IMG/VR virus record: IMGVR_UViG_3300030098_003632
Span: 1 to 61,529 of that record
Length of the DNA stretch: 61,529 nt
Origin: a virus
Taxonomy: Duplodnaviria > Caudoviricetes
Reading direction: 5' to 3' (one strand)
Within the stretch, counting starts at the first letter, position 1. Every line of letters starts with the position of its first letter. Below are positions 36,410 to 45,798 of the stretch, piece after piece. The translations under genes were made by a program, and so were the position numbers. The notes under the pieces were generated by a model, which saw only the letters and a list, made by a program, of their open reading frames with translations, made no database searches and was not told the origin of the DNA.

Positions 36410-36684
36410 ATTCTATTTCTTTTGTACATATTCCAGATCTTCTGGTTTCCTGTTGGGGACTTGTGCTTCTTGTCTGGATCCTCCAGTTCCTTCGCTGGTA
36501 CAAATTCTACCAGATGCTCTTTGGGCACTATGAAGAAAAAACCATCGTAGTCGTATAAATAGCGAACTAAAAGATCAGGCTCGGGTTTGTCGTTACTGTT
36601 CCAGTATTCGCCCTCCCAAACCATGACATCACCCTTTACAGGGCCTAGGTTGTAAGCCTCAACAAGTATGTAGTACCTTTTCAT
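36406..36684 (-). CDS. Hypothetical protein
   Basis: 92 aa; ATGA overlap with the next gene. Confidence 0.6.
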   Translation of the reverse strand: MKRYYILVEAYNLGPVKGDVMVWEGEYWNSNDKPEPDLLVRYLYDYDGFFFIVPKEHLVEFVPAKELEDPDKKHKSPTGNQKIWNMYKRNRI

Positions 36685-36687
36685 ATC

Positions 36688-36905
36688 TGCGCACCCCGAC
36701 TCAGTTAATTCCTTAAAACGAAAGAGTTCGGAAATAATTTCCGCACTCTACGGTAACTCGGGCTCCCACCTTTATTGTATTAGAGGCGAGACTGGGGAAC
36801 ACTCCCGTTTGCGAAACAAGGCTCACTCCCAGCAGTTCTTTAGTCGTGTATTGCGCTGGCGAAGTTACGAAACGCGTCTGGGAGACTCCATTCTCCCGAT
36901 GCGCA
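36688..36905 (-). ncRNA. Candidate structured sRNA or 5' leader, GGA-rich
   Basis: Ends pair (UGCGCAUC/GGUGCGCA); internal hairpins include GGGAGA-AUGGAG-UCUCCC; seven GGA triplets; no convincing ORF. Confidence 0.4.
36723..36749. promoter_or_regulatory. Palindromic operator-like site, copy 2
   Basis: AGAGTtCGGAAA-TAA-TTTCCGcACTCT. Confidence 0.65.
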
Positions 36906-36972
36906 TAGAAAAGGATAGCTTGTCAGGATACAGCGGTGGCGTCAAGATTTCAATAAGCCGTATAATGGATTT

Positions 36973-37254
36973 ATGAAAAAAACCAATGTTTCTATAAACG
37001 GCACTAATTACACTGTACGTTATACACTCCTGCGAAAGAGCAGAGGATCTTGCGATCATCCTGGAAAAAAGACTCCAGAGATACTTATAGATAAACGACT
37101 TAAGGGCGTGGAGGAACTGGAGGTTTCTATACATGAAATGCTTCACGCTTTGGCTTTCAAGATGTTCGATGAAGAATGGGTGTTCGATAGTGCGATTGAC
37201 CTAGCAAAGGCTTTATACGAATTGGGATGGAGAAAAGGAGAAGAGAATGGCTAA
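36973..37254 (+). CDS. Small HExxH zincin-like protein
   Basis: IHEMLHA...E; TATAAT 6 nt upstream, suggesting a leaderless start. Confidence 0.7.
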   Translation: MKKTNVSINGTNYTVRYTLLRKSRGSCDHPGKKTPEILIDKRLKGVEELEVSIHEMLHALAFKMFDEEWVFDSAIDLAKALYELGWRKGEENG

Positions 37255-37921
37255 TGTGCTTGTGATAGGTGACACGCATGCGCCAGCAATGCTGGATGGA
37301 TACACAGACTTCCTTAGAGAGATACAGAAGTCTTGGGACTGCAAGGAAGTAGTTCACATAGGCGATGTAGTTGATTGGTCTGCAATCTCCTACCACGAAA
37401 AGGATCCTAGCGATCCAAGTGCCTATGATGAATATGAAAAGGCTAAGAAGCAGGTCTCTGAACTATACAAGCTATTTCCTAAAGCTGTAGTAATGACAGG
37501 CAATCACGACTCCCTTCCCAGAAGGAAGGCGACCACAATAGGGATACCAGAACAGCTCATAAGAAAGTATGCTGATATATGGGAAACTCCTAAATGGGAC
37601 TGGAAGCCAAGATTCTCATTGCACGTTATTGATAACGTCATCTACGCACATGGCGATAGGGGAAAGGCCGGAATAGGTGCTGCCCTGAAGAACGCCAAAG
37701 AACATTTCAAGTCGTGGGTGCAAGGCCATCTACACAGTCAAGCGGGAGTTTCATATTATGCAAATGAGCATCGAATCATATTTGGCATGAATGTCGGATG
37801 TGGTGTTGATGCCGATAGCGCGTCTATGAAATATGGTAAGAAGTTCAACCAAAAACCTTTGGTTGGATGCGGTGTTGTTCTAGGAGGAACACACGCTATT
37901 TTCGAGCCAATGAAACTTTAG
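37247..37921 (+). CDS. Calcineurin-like metallophosphoesterase
   Basis: GDTH, GDVVD, GNHD, HG, GHLH. Confidence 0.9.
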   Translation: MANVLVIGDTHAPAMLDGYTDFLREIQKSWDCKEVVHIGDVVDWSAISYHEKDPSDPSAYDEYEKAKKQVSELYKLFPKAVVMTGNHDSLPRRKATTIGIPEQLIRKYADIWETPKWDWKPRFSLHVIDNVIYAHGDRGKAGIGAALKNAKEHFKSWVQGHLHSQAGVSYYANEHRIIFGMNVGCGVDADSASMKYGKKFNQKPLVGCGVVLGGTHAIFEPMKL

Positions 37922-37935
37922 GAAGGATTGTATAG

Positions 37936-38109
37936 ATGAAGGATAGTAAATTAGCTAAGATATTCCTATTAACAGGTTCTGCGTGTTTTACCTCAGTTAC
38001 TGTTTACATGGGCATCTTAATGTGGAAGAGTTATGTATGGGCTCAGTGGCTCCATAGGTTACAAGATTCGTTGAATAGGTATGAGAGTGGCGCAGGCCCT
38101 TTAATATGA
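37936..38109 (+). CDS. Small single-TM protein (57 aa, not in ORF track)
   Basis: MKDSKLAKIFLLTGSACFTSVTVYMGILMW...; ATGA overlap with the dipeptidase gene. Confidence 0.55.
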   Translation: MKDSKLAKIFLLTGSACFTSVTVYMGILMWKSYVWAQWLHRLQDSLNRYESGAGPLI

Positions 38110-39362
38110 GAAGAGATCTTGATAAAATCAAATCTTACACAACGGTAGACTGGCATACACATCTTTCGTTGAAGTCGGCTCTGTTCCATAGAGACCTCTG
38201 CAAACATCATAGCAGGAGGATCTTTAGTCGTGGATTCTCCCCTCTAACAAGCAGAGCTGACTTCCCGAAGATGATACAGGGGGGATTGGATGTTTCCCTC
38301 TCTGTAGCTTACATCCCTGAAGTGGAATGGCAGGATGACATTCCACCCATCCGCTGGCTTAGGTGGCTAGCTCCTCGTGCATGGAAGCGAATTTTTGGCG
38401 CAGATTCGTATTACGAAGCAACCATTACTGCAATCCAAGATGTAGAGGAGCAGGCCGCTAAGCATAACATTGAAAACAGGGATCAGGATTGGTATCGACG
38501 CGTTGCTATCTGTAGATGTTACAGCGACGTAAAACAGGCAATCAGGGAAAAAGCCTTGGCTATCGTTCATGCTGTAGAAGGTGGCCATTCACTGCAGGGT
38601 GAGGTTTGCGGCAAAGAAGAAGATGATTTTAAGCATGCTCCCTACGAAGATGCCAAAAAAGAGGTGATGGCAAATCTATTAGACTTCAAGCAGAGAGGTG
38701 TGGCATACCTGACTCTTGCCCACTTCTACCCTAACATTGTAAGTAACCCTGTATTTCCTTACCCCGAATATACTTCTAAGTTTGCTAAGTGGCATCCGAT
38801 GCTTGGCAGATGGGACACCACTCAGGGCCTCACTCGCATCGGCATGGATGTTGTTGAAAGATGTTTTGATCTCGGTATTATCGTAGATTTGGCTCACTCG
38901 ACCCCAATGGCACGATCACAAGTATATGCTTTAGCTGAAGCGAACGATGCCGAGTGTCAGGTCATTGCTTCCCATACAGGTGCTTATGAAATTAAAAATG
39001 ATATGTACAACCTGGAAGATTGGGAGATTAAGTGGATAGCAGACAATGGCGGTGTAATCTCTACCATTTTGATGAACTATTGGCTGGTTCCCCACCACAC
39101 CTCCTTAGGTTTAGATCATGTTGCAAAAACAGTAGGCCATGTCAGAAAAGTCGGTGGCATAGAAGCCACAGCTATAGGGACTGATTTTGATGGCTTTACA
39201 GATCCTCCGGATGACGTAGAAGACATGAGTCAAATACAGAGAATTGCTGCTCGATTAGCCAGCGAAATGAAGTCGATTGGAGTCCCTAGATATTCAGACA
39301 AAGACCTTAAAGCGTTCCTTGGAGGAAACTCATTGCGAGTTTTATCTGAGGGATGGAAATAA
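38106..39362 (+). CDS. Membrane (renal) dipeptidase family, peptidase M19
   Basis: DWHTH, AVEGGH, YLTLAH, GLT..G..VVE...GIIVDLAH, IASH, IGTDFDG, FLGGNSLRV. Confidence 0.88.
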   Translation: MRRDLDKIKSYTTVDWHTHLSLKSALFHRDLCKHHSRRIFSRGFSPLTSRADFPKMIQGGLDVSLSVAYIPEVEWQDDIPPIRWLRWLAPRAWKRIFGADSYYEATITAIQDVEEQAAKHNIENRDQDWYRRVAICRCYSDVKQAIREKALAIVHAVEGGHSLQGEVCGKEEDDFKHAPYEDAKKEVMANLLDFKQRGVAYLTLAHFYPNIVSNPVFPYPEYTSKFAKWHPMLGRWDTTQGLTRIGMDVVERCFDLGIIVDLAHSTPMARSQVYALAEANDAECQVIASHTGAYEIKNDMYNLEDWEIKWIADNGGVISTILMNYWLVPHHTSLGLDHVAKTVGHVRKVGGIEATAIGTDFDGFTDPPDDVEDMSQIQRIAARLASEMKSIGVPRYSDKDLKAFLGGNSLRVLSEGWK

Positions 39363-39446
39363 TATGTACCTAAAGGGGTTGCAGTTACGCCCCTAAAGAT
39401 TTTAATATGTTAGTAACAAGCCCAAAGACCTTACAGGAGAGTTGTT

Positions 39447-40631
39447 ATGAGTGACGAAATGGAAGCTCAAGTAGAAGAACAAGAAAATTACGCAGCAGAG
39501 GAATCGGTTCAAACTGAACAGTTTGATACTCCGGTTGAATCTACGCCTACGGAGGGCGATAGCTCGCTAGATTTTTCAGACGTTTGGGACGAATCCCCAC
39601 AGCAGAATAACGAATTTCAGCAACAAGTCTCGGAGCTGGGTTTTGAAGTAGAAAACTCCCAACAAGCCCAAGAAACTCTTCTAGATTCTTATAAGCAGGC
39701 CTACGACTATAATCAGCAATGGCAGAGCTACTACGAAGAGCAAGAGAAGCAAAAGCAGCAGATGCAACAGCAGATGCAGCAACAGGCTTATCAGATGCAG
39801 CAAATGCAGGGAATGGCTCAAGCTCAGCAGCAGTATCTTGCCATGCAACAAATGCAGCAGATGCAGCAGCAGCCAGAGCCGGAACCGCAGTATGAAGAGC
39901 CACAAGGCTGGTGGGCTCCTCCTGAGTTTGATAAAGATGAAGTAAAACGCTGGCGAGTACAACAGAGGAACCCGCAAACAGGACAATGGTTCTGGACTTG
40001 GAAAAATAATACACCAAAAGAACTCATTAGATCCACTGAAGACTATGTTAATTATCGAGATAAGTGGCGAGAGAATGTACTCGATAATCCCCAAGAGATA
40101 CTACCTAAAGTAATAGAGCAGGAGTTTGATAAGCTATTTGCTGACCGATACGGCGCTTTAATGGAACAGCAGCAGTATCAACAGTTTCAAGCTAATCAGT
40201 TCAAACAAGCTGCTGAGATTAACCAAAGAAACGCCGACTGGGTTTATGAGCGAGATGCCGCATCAGGAGAATATCTCCGTGACGGAATGGGGCAACTCGT
40301 GATGACTCCAGAAGGTCAACAGGTAGTAGGACACATCCATTCATTACGCCAGCAAGGAATTACCGATCCAAATCAGCTATGGGAACTATCCTCTCAGCTG
40401 TTGGCCGGTGATCTGGCTCAGAGGCGTTTGGAAACCCAGACCCAACAACTTCATGCAGCGCAAGCCGCCCAGGAGCGCAACATGAGACATCTTCAGCGTG
40501 GAGCTGGATATATCCCTAACCGAGAAGGTAGTGTTGCTCCACCTGAAGCCCCAAGCCCTGTATCGCAAAACCCGAGTCTGTCGCCGGGTGATAAGTTACG
40601 ACAACAAGCGTTGTCGGATGGTTTATTTTAA
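39447..40631 (+). CDS. Putative capsid scaffolding protein (acidic, Gln-rich coiled coil)
   Basis: Immediately upstream of the major capsid gene; composition; AGGAG SD. Confidence 0.65.
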   Translation: MSDEMEAQVEEQENYAAEESVQTEQFDTPVESTPTEGDSSLDFSDVWDESPQQNNEFQQQVSELGFEVENSQQAQETLLDSYKQAYDYNQQWQSYYEEQEKQKQQMQQQMQQQAYQMQQMQGMAQAQQQYLAMQQMQQMQQQPEPEPQYEEPQGWWAPPEFDKDEVKRWRVQQRNPQTGQWFWTWKNNTPKELIRSTEDYVNYRDKWRENVLDNPQEILPKVIEQEFDKLFADRYGALMEQQQYQQFQANQFKQAAEINQRNADWVYERDAASGEYLRDGMGQLVMTPEGQQVVGHIHSLRQQGITDPNQLWELSSQLLAGDLAQRRLETQTQQLHAAQAAQERNMRHLQRGAGYIPNREGSVAPPEAPSPVSQNPSLSPGDKLRQQALSDGLF

Positions 40632-40655
40632 TTTCTTTAGAGAAAGGTGAGGATC

Positions 40656-41804
40656 ATGGCCTATAAAGGTTTTAATCCCGTAGCTTTTGCTCGTACTGCT
40701 GCAACCACACTTGCAAAGCACATCCGCGACGTTGAGGAGAACATGCTCCGCAACTATCAGTTGGGTGCATTGCTGGAAGCCGCAGGACGGGTAAACTACA
40801 ACAACTCCGGTGAAGGTTTTGACTGGCCAGTTCAATATCGTCTACACAAAGTAGAAGGTAATACTGGTGAAACAGCTCGTAACTTTTCCCGTAAAAACTT
40901 GTGGAAACACGCAAATATGGAATACCGTGGTTATCAAGCTACGGACTCTATGTACTACCGCGAATTCCGCAGTAACCGTGGCGAAGAAGGAATCATCAAA
41001 GTATTTGATAATTTCGTTCAACGTCTTGAAACTTCTATCGAGCAAGCTCTCGGTGGAGAATACTATGTAAATGGTGAAGAAGCAGGCAACGAGCAAGGGT
41101 GGCATGGTCTTGAATCTATGTTTGCCATTCTCGATACCAACAAAACCGTTGATAAGGATTCTGGTGCCATTGGTGCCTTTGATGGAGCAGACTATGTTGC
41201 AGCTCCTGGTGCTACCTATGCCGGTCTTATCACCAACCTAGGTAACTACGGTGGGGAACAGGAATCTGGAACAGGCTGGCCTAATGGTCTTGCTGACCCA
41301 GAATACGATTTCTGGTCACCGCTTATCGTCAATGTAAACTCTACTAGCTTTAATGATGTCACCGGTGCAGTCCACACTTGGGCTAATCAGGGTCATGAAG
41401 CTATGCGTTTTGCTATCATCCACGCTCAGCGTAATACCAGCCAGAAGGGTCAGATCACTAACATTATGTTAGCTCGAAACTTCTATATGGAATTGCTAAA
41501 CTTACTGGATGACAAAGAACGTATCCAGGTTTCCAGTGAACATCAGTTGCGTGCTCTCGGCTTTAAGAATGTTGTTAACTTTGACGGCATTGAAGTCTCT
41601 TGGGAAGCTGCTGTACCTGATAGCGTTGGTTACGGTATGAACTACGACAACATCGAATTGAAATCTATGGATGAATCTCTCCTTCGATCTGAAGGCCCTG
41701 AGTATGATATTCATAGCCAAGCATTCAATGCTGTTGTTTCAACATTGTCTAACTTGAAGTTCAGTTCACCTCGTAACTTCTTTAAGTTGCAAGAGCTTAG
41801 CTAA
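40656..41804 (+). CDS. Major capsid protein
   Basis: 382 aa from ATG 40656; highly expressed codon usage (CGT, GGT); LGFKNVVNFDGIEVSWE; position between scaffold and cement genes. Confidence 0.8.
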   Translation: MAYKGFNPVAFARTAATTLAKHIRDVEENMLRNYQLGALLEAAGRVNYNNSGEGFDWPVQYRLHKVEGNTGETARNFSRKNLWKHANMEYRGYQATDSMYYREFRSNRGEEGIIKVFDNFVQRLETSIEQALGGEYYVNGEEAGNEQGWHGLESMFAILDTNKTVDKDSGAIGAFDGADYVAAPGATYAGLITNLGNYGGEQESGTGWPNGLADPEYDFWSPLIVNVNSTSFNDVTGAVHTWANQGHEAMRFAIIHAQRNTSQKGQITNIMLARNFYMELLNLLDDKERIQVSSEHQLRALGFKNVVNFDGIEVSWEAAVPDSVGYGMNYDNIELKSMDESLLRSEGPEYDIHSQAFNAVVSTLSNLKFSSPRNFFKLQELS

Positions 41805-41831
41805 ACCCCTTTTAGGAAAGGAATCATAATT

Positions 41832-42401
41832 ATGATTCATGTAGATCCTCCATTCGATCTTGGTGAAACCCTTCAAGGGACTAAAGATAACGATGGAACG
41901 ACTTTAATTAATGAGCACTGGGAAGGTGCAATCTTTACTTTCCCAGACGTAGACCGAACTCCATCTGTTCGTGGAAATAAAGCACGACGCAGTGGAATTC
42001 CAATTCGGGCTATTTGTGTTCGCAATACCTATGATGGAAAACTGACGGTAGCCAATGCTTTAGGAGGATTCTGTGTAGAATTCGATCATAGCAAGGCAGG
42101 CCGTAAGGTTTTGAGTTCTGTTACAGCCGTAACTAATGGCGAAGATGATTTCGCTGGTGTCGGTGACCCAGAACTTGGTACAACTCAAGTCGAAAAGAAT
42201 GACCTATTCTGGGTTATCATTGGCGGTGTTGTTCCTGTTATCGGTGGTGCAGCCACTACCGCTGGCGGAAGCCTTGTTGCAGCAGCATCAGGAAAAGTCC
42301 TGAATGCTGATGCAGCTAACGTCCGACCTATTGGTATTGGTCTAGATGCTTGCAGTGGTGACGATGCAGCTGTTCTTGTAGCAGTTACAGTACCACTCTA
42401 A
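41832..42401 (+). CDS. Capsid cement/decoration protein
   Basis: Follows the major capsid gene; FWVIIGG...AGGSLVAAASGKV...IGIGL. Confidence 0.6.
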   Translation: MIHVDPPFDLGETLQGTKDNDGTTLINEHWEGAIFTFPDVDRTPSVRGNKARRSGIPIRAICVRNTYDGKLTVANALGGFCVEFDHSKAGRKVLSSVTAVTNGEDDFAGVGDPELGTTQVEKNDLFWVIIGGVVPVIGGAATTAGGSLVAAASGKVLNADAANVRPIGIGLDACSGDDAAVLVAVTVPL

Positions 42402-42468
42402 TCTTAATACCCGGCTGTACAGCCATTAAGTACACCTCCTTCGGGAAGTGTAGGGTCTTGGGTGCGAT

Positions 42469-42494
42469 GCCGGGTTCCCTTCGGGGAGCCCGGT
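42469..42494 (+). terminator. cUUCGg hairpin after the capsid genes (terminator-like)
   Basis: GCCGGGUUCCC-UUCG-GGGAGCCCGGU; weak U-tract. Confidence 0.6.
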
Positions 42495-42518
42495 TATCGT
42501 GTTTTAGGAGTAAAATAA

Positions 42519-43052
42519 ATGGCACTCAAAAAAGTAAAGCCTTTCAGGGGCGGGAATAACTACAACTGGTCTGAATTCAAAGACGAAGTTGAGGGAGATC
42601 CTAGCAGAAAAGGGTTTGCTGATCTTTGGGGGTTCAAAGGAGACAAAGGGCCAGCCCAGTGGGGATGGGATTACTTCCACGGAAACTGGGGTCGGTGGAA
42701 GCGTAGCCCCAAGAGGTGGCAACGCAATGCTGGATTTAATAGGCAGCAGGATTTCTATAAAGCTGTATGGGACTTGTGGGACACCGATGAGTTTAGACAT
42801 CTGTGGCCAGGAGCAGGGGAAGAAGAAAGTTCTGAGGTGTTTGGGTCACAGGAGTCTCAGGTTGGTAATCTAGAAACATCCCCAACAAGTTTTAGCACAA
42901 ATAAAAATTTCACTGTGGGTCTTAAGACCCCATCTGATATGATAGACTCAGAAGACCAAGCTCACTTTGGGGACGCTGAAGGAGAAGGAAGTGATATACC
43001 TTCGTTCAATCTCCCTGGTCAGCAGACAACAATGCCAGATTTTTGGAGATAA
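42519..43052 (+). CDS. Trp-rich/acidic hypothetical protein
   Basis: AGGAG SD; 177 aa. Confidence 0.6.
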   Translation: MALKKVKPFRGGNNYNWSEFKDEVEGDPSRKGFADLWGFKGDKGPAQWGWDYFHGNWGRWKRSPKRWQRNAGFNRQQDFYKAVWDLWDTDEFRHLWPGAGEEESSEVFGSQESQVGNLETSPTSFSTNKNFTVGLKTPSDMIDSEDQAHFGDAEGEGSDIPSFNLPGQQTTMPDFWR

Positions 43053-43054
43053 GA

Positions 43055-43576
43055 ATGTTTACAGTATATGCTGGGCCAGCTCTGGCTCAAATGAATCCCC
43101 AAGCACCACCAGAGGGAACTCCTTTGGAAAGCGGGGTTCAGCTTGATCCCCAGATGATTGAGCTCGTAGCTCAAGGAATGATTATGGTAGGTCGAGAAGG
43201 CCCACAAGGTGAAGTTACCGAAATGCTAAGTCCACAACAAATCCAACAGGAAATGGGCGGACAGCAAGGTATGCCGCCTGGACAACCTCCGATGCAGGGT
43301 GGGCCACAGGATCTTACTCAAGCTAGTGCTCAACTTCAGCAGGGAATGCAACAAGGGAATATCCGACCAATGCCACCAGGCGGCGCTCCATCTCCGGGGC
43401 CAGCTCAAGGCGGAGCCCCTGATCCAATGCTAAGCCAGATGCCAGAACCTCCACAGTCTGTATCGGCTGGCGGAATGTATCCGGCACCTCCTAACGCACA
43501 ACAGATGCAACCTCCGGGCAGACCTCCTGGCCCACCAATGCCGCCAGGACAACCTCCTATGCCTCCGAGGCGATAA
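43055..43576 (+). CDS. Pro/Gln/Met-rich disordered protein
   Basis: MPPGQPPM occurs twice; TAATG-coupled to the next gene. Confidence 0.6.
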   Translation: MFTVYAGPALAQMNPQAPPEGTPLESGVQLDPQMIELVAQGMIMVGREGPQGEVTEMLSPQQIQQEMGGQQGMPPGQPPMQGGPQDLTQASAQLQQGMQQGNIRPMPPGGAPSPGPAQGGAPDPMLSQMPEPPQSVSAGGMYPAPPNAQQMQPPGRPPGPPMPPGQPPMPPRR

Positions 43577-44112
43577 TGGCAAAAAAAGCATGTACAACTT
43601 GTAGAGTAGAGTATCCCGTTACCAAGGAATTCTGGCATCGGGATAATTCTGCTCATGATGGATTTCGTTCCACCTGCAAGATGTGTAGAGCTGAAGAGGT
43701 TGAGAAGAACCGAAGGAAGAAACTGGATGATAGAGTTTCCAAGATAGAAGACGCTGGAATCGACTTGCTTGATAATATGAGCAAAGGCGGTTCCAGTGTT
43801 CCTCATATGGCGGAAACATTCCAGAAAATAATGGAAGCCTTTGGTGGCCCCGGTGGATTTTCACAGCAAGTCATGTCCACATTTTACAAAGCAGCTCCAG
43901 GAAGTTTGCAAAGGCAGAGGATCCTAGAAGCTGTGCTAAGATTAAATATTAAAGTTTCCGAGTCGGGTGCAGCACAGAAGTCACTTGAAGAGCTTACTAA
44001 TGAAGAGCTAGACAAAGAAATACAAGAGTCATTCCAGAGCTTCATAGACCCTGACATTAGCATCCTGCATAAAATAATACCTGCTGATGACAAACCCACA
44101 GAAAGCAAATGA
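43576..44112 (+). CDS. Putative terminase small subunit with N-terminal Zn finger
   Basis: Directly upstream of TerL; CTTC...CKMC; C-terminal LEELTNEEL. Confidence 0.5.
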   Translation: MAKKACTTCRVEYPVTKEFWHRDNSAHDGFRSTCKMCRAEEVEKNRRKKLDDRVSKIEDAGIDLLDNMSKGGSSVPHMAETFQKIMEAFGGPGGFSQQVMSTFYKAAPGSLQRQRILEAVLRLNIKVSESGAAQKSLEELTNEELDKEIQESFQSFIDPDISILHKIIPADDKPTESK

Positions 44113-45796
44113 TATTCTCAGTTCCATTACGGAACATCAGAAAAAAGAACTCCGCGAACTTTATGCTGAAAAGGTCAAGCGAGAGTCTGAGGCACTTCGT
44201 TTGTATGAACCACTTCCTTTTCAGGATAGGTATCATTCTTCTCACGCCAAAGAAATACTGCTTCAGGCAGGCAACCAAGTTGGCAAATCTTTAGCGGCCT
44301 TTGTTGAAGATGCTAGAGCAGCAACCGGACAAGATCCATACGAAAAGTACCCCAAAGAGAATGGCATTATGGTTTGCCTTGGTATGGACGAAGGACATAT
44401 TGGAAGAACTATCCACAAGTACCTTTTCCGCGAAGGTGCGTTTAAGATCATTCAAGATCACACCACAGGTAAGTGGAGAGCGTGGAAGCCTTGGATTACA
44501 GAGGACTGGGAGCGTAAGGCAGAAGCAAAGCCCGCACCTCCACTGATCCCCGAAAGATTTATAAAACAATTCGCATGGAAGAAACGGGCCCAACATGTCT
44601 TCGAGATTTGCGAACTTCACAATGGCTGGACTATCTATGCCATGGGTTCTAAGGGAGACCCTTCTCAGGGATTCCAGGCCGATTTAGTACATATAGATGA
44701 AGACCTTGAGCGTGCCGAATGGTATGACGAAATGATCGCTCGTCTGTCTATGCGTGATGGAAAGCTGAGATGGTCTGCGTTGCCCCACTCTAAGAATGAT
44801 GCTTTAGTTAATTTAGCCGAGCGAGCCGAAGATGAGATGGGGCAAGACAACCCATCTACTCAGGTTATACGAGCAACGATTTTCGACAACCCTTTTATGC
44901 CGGAACAAGTCAAACAGGAGAATATTAAAAGGTGGAAAGCTAAAGGGGAGGATGAATTTAGAAAAAGAGCTATGGGTGAGTTGGTTACCGATAGTGTTCT
45001 CATGTACCCTAATTTTTCTAAGGATGTTCACAATGCGATTAAATTTGAAGATCCCAGAACGCCTATCCAGAAGTACCTTAGTGAGAATAATGGAGTTCCG
45101 GGCTCTGACTGGACGAGGTACATGGTCGTTGACCCGGGCCACTCTGTTTGCGCTGTTACTTTCTATGCCGTGCCACCAAGCGTGCTTGGCGATCATGTTG
45201 TTGTATATGATGAGCTATATATCAAAAACTGTACAGCGGCGAAGTTTGGTGCTATGGTAAGCCAGAAAACAAGAGAAGATCAGTTTGAGGCCTTTATTAT
45301 CGATGCCCACGGTGGTCGAATTAGAGAAATTGGTACCGGTGTTCTTCCTCGTGTGCAGTATACAAAAGAACTCAAAAAGCATAATGTTAAAAGCAATATC
45401 ACTAACCATGGCTTTCTCAGTGGTTCTGATGATGTTCCTGGCCGAGAAATGAAGTTGCGTACATGGATTAATATACGCCCAAATGGTACAACTAAGCTCC
45501 TTGTCGTTGTTCCTAGATGCCCCAATCTCTGCAGGGAATTTAATAGGTTTAAGAAAAAGACGATAAATGGCTTTGTTACAGACGAAGGTAATCGCCGTGG
45601 AAACTGCCATGCTATAGAAACACTAGAATATGCAGCGGCTCATGGATTAAAATATGTTAAGCCCCGAACAAAGAAAAAAACATCAACCGCTATAAAACAA
45701 ATACTAAACGGACGAAAGAAGCGCAGCGCACAAAGAAGAGCAAGAAAGCGTGGTCTTAGTCCTGACTTTATTAACCTAGGCCCTCAAGGAGAGTAG
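44087..45796 (+). CDS. terL: Terminase large subunit
   Basis: PFQ, AGNQVGKS (Walker A), VHIDED (Walker B), DNPFM, MVVDPG (nuclease), HAIETLEY. Confidence 0.9.
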   Translation: MTNPQKANDILSSITEHQKKELRELYAEKVKRESEALRLYEPLPFQDRYHSSHAKEILLQAGNQVGKSLAAFVEDARAATGQDPYEKYPKENGIMVCLGMDEGHIGRTIHKYLFREGAFKIIQDHTTGKWRAWKPWITEDWERKAEAKPAPPLIPERFIKQFAWKKRAQHVFEICELHNGWTIYAMGSKGDPSQGFQADLVHIDEDLERAEWYDEMIARLSMRDGKLRWSALPHSKNDALVNLAERAEDEMGQDNPSTQVIRATIFDNPFMPEQVKQENIKRWKAKGEDEFRKRAMGELVTDSVLMYPNFSKDVHNAIKFEDPRTPIQKYLSENNGVPGSDWTRYMVVDPGHSVCAVTFYAVPPSVLGDHVVVYDELYIKNCTAAKFGAMVSQKTREDQFEAFIIDAHGGRIREIGTGVLPRVQYTKELKKHNVKSNITNHGFLSGSDDVPGREMKLRTWINIRPNGTTKLLVVVPRCPNLCREFNRFKKKTINGFVTDEGNRRGNCHAIETLEYAAAHGLKYVKPRTKKKTSTAIKQILNGRKKRSAQRRARKRGLSPDFINLGPQGE

Positions 45797-45798
45797 TA

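Noticed and set aside
24738-36943. 11-mer ACGCCACCGCT shared by two intergenic regions
   Set aside because: Too short to exceed chance; no shared context
36865-37146. 93-aa minus-strand ORF over the candidate RNA and the HExxH gene
   Set aside because: Antisense to a motif-bearing gene; no recognisable features
42466-42498. Twister ribozyme (AUGCCGG...CCCGG resemblance)
   Set aside because: The loop is a plain UUCG hairpin; the conserved twister loop and pseudoknot partners are not present
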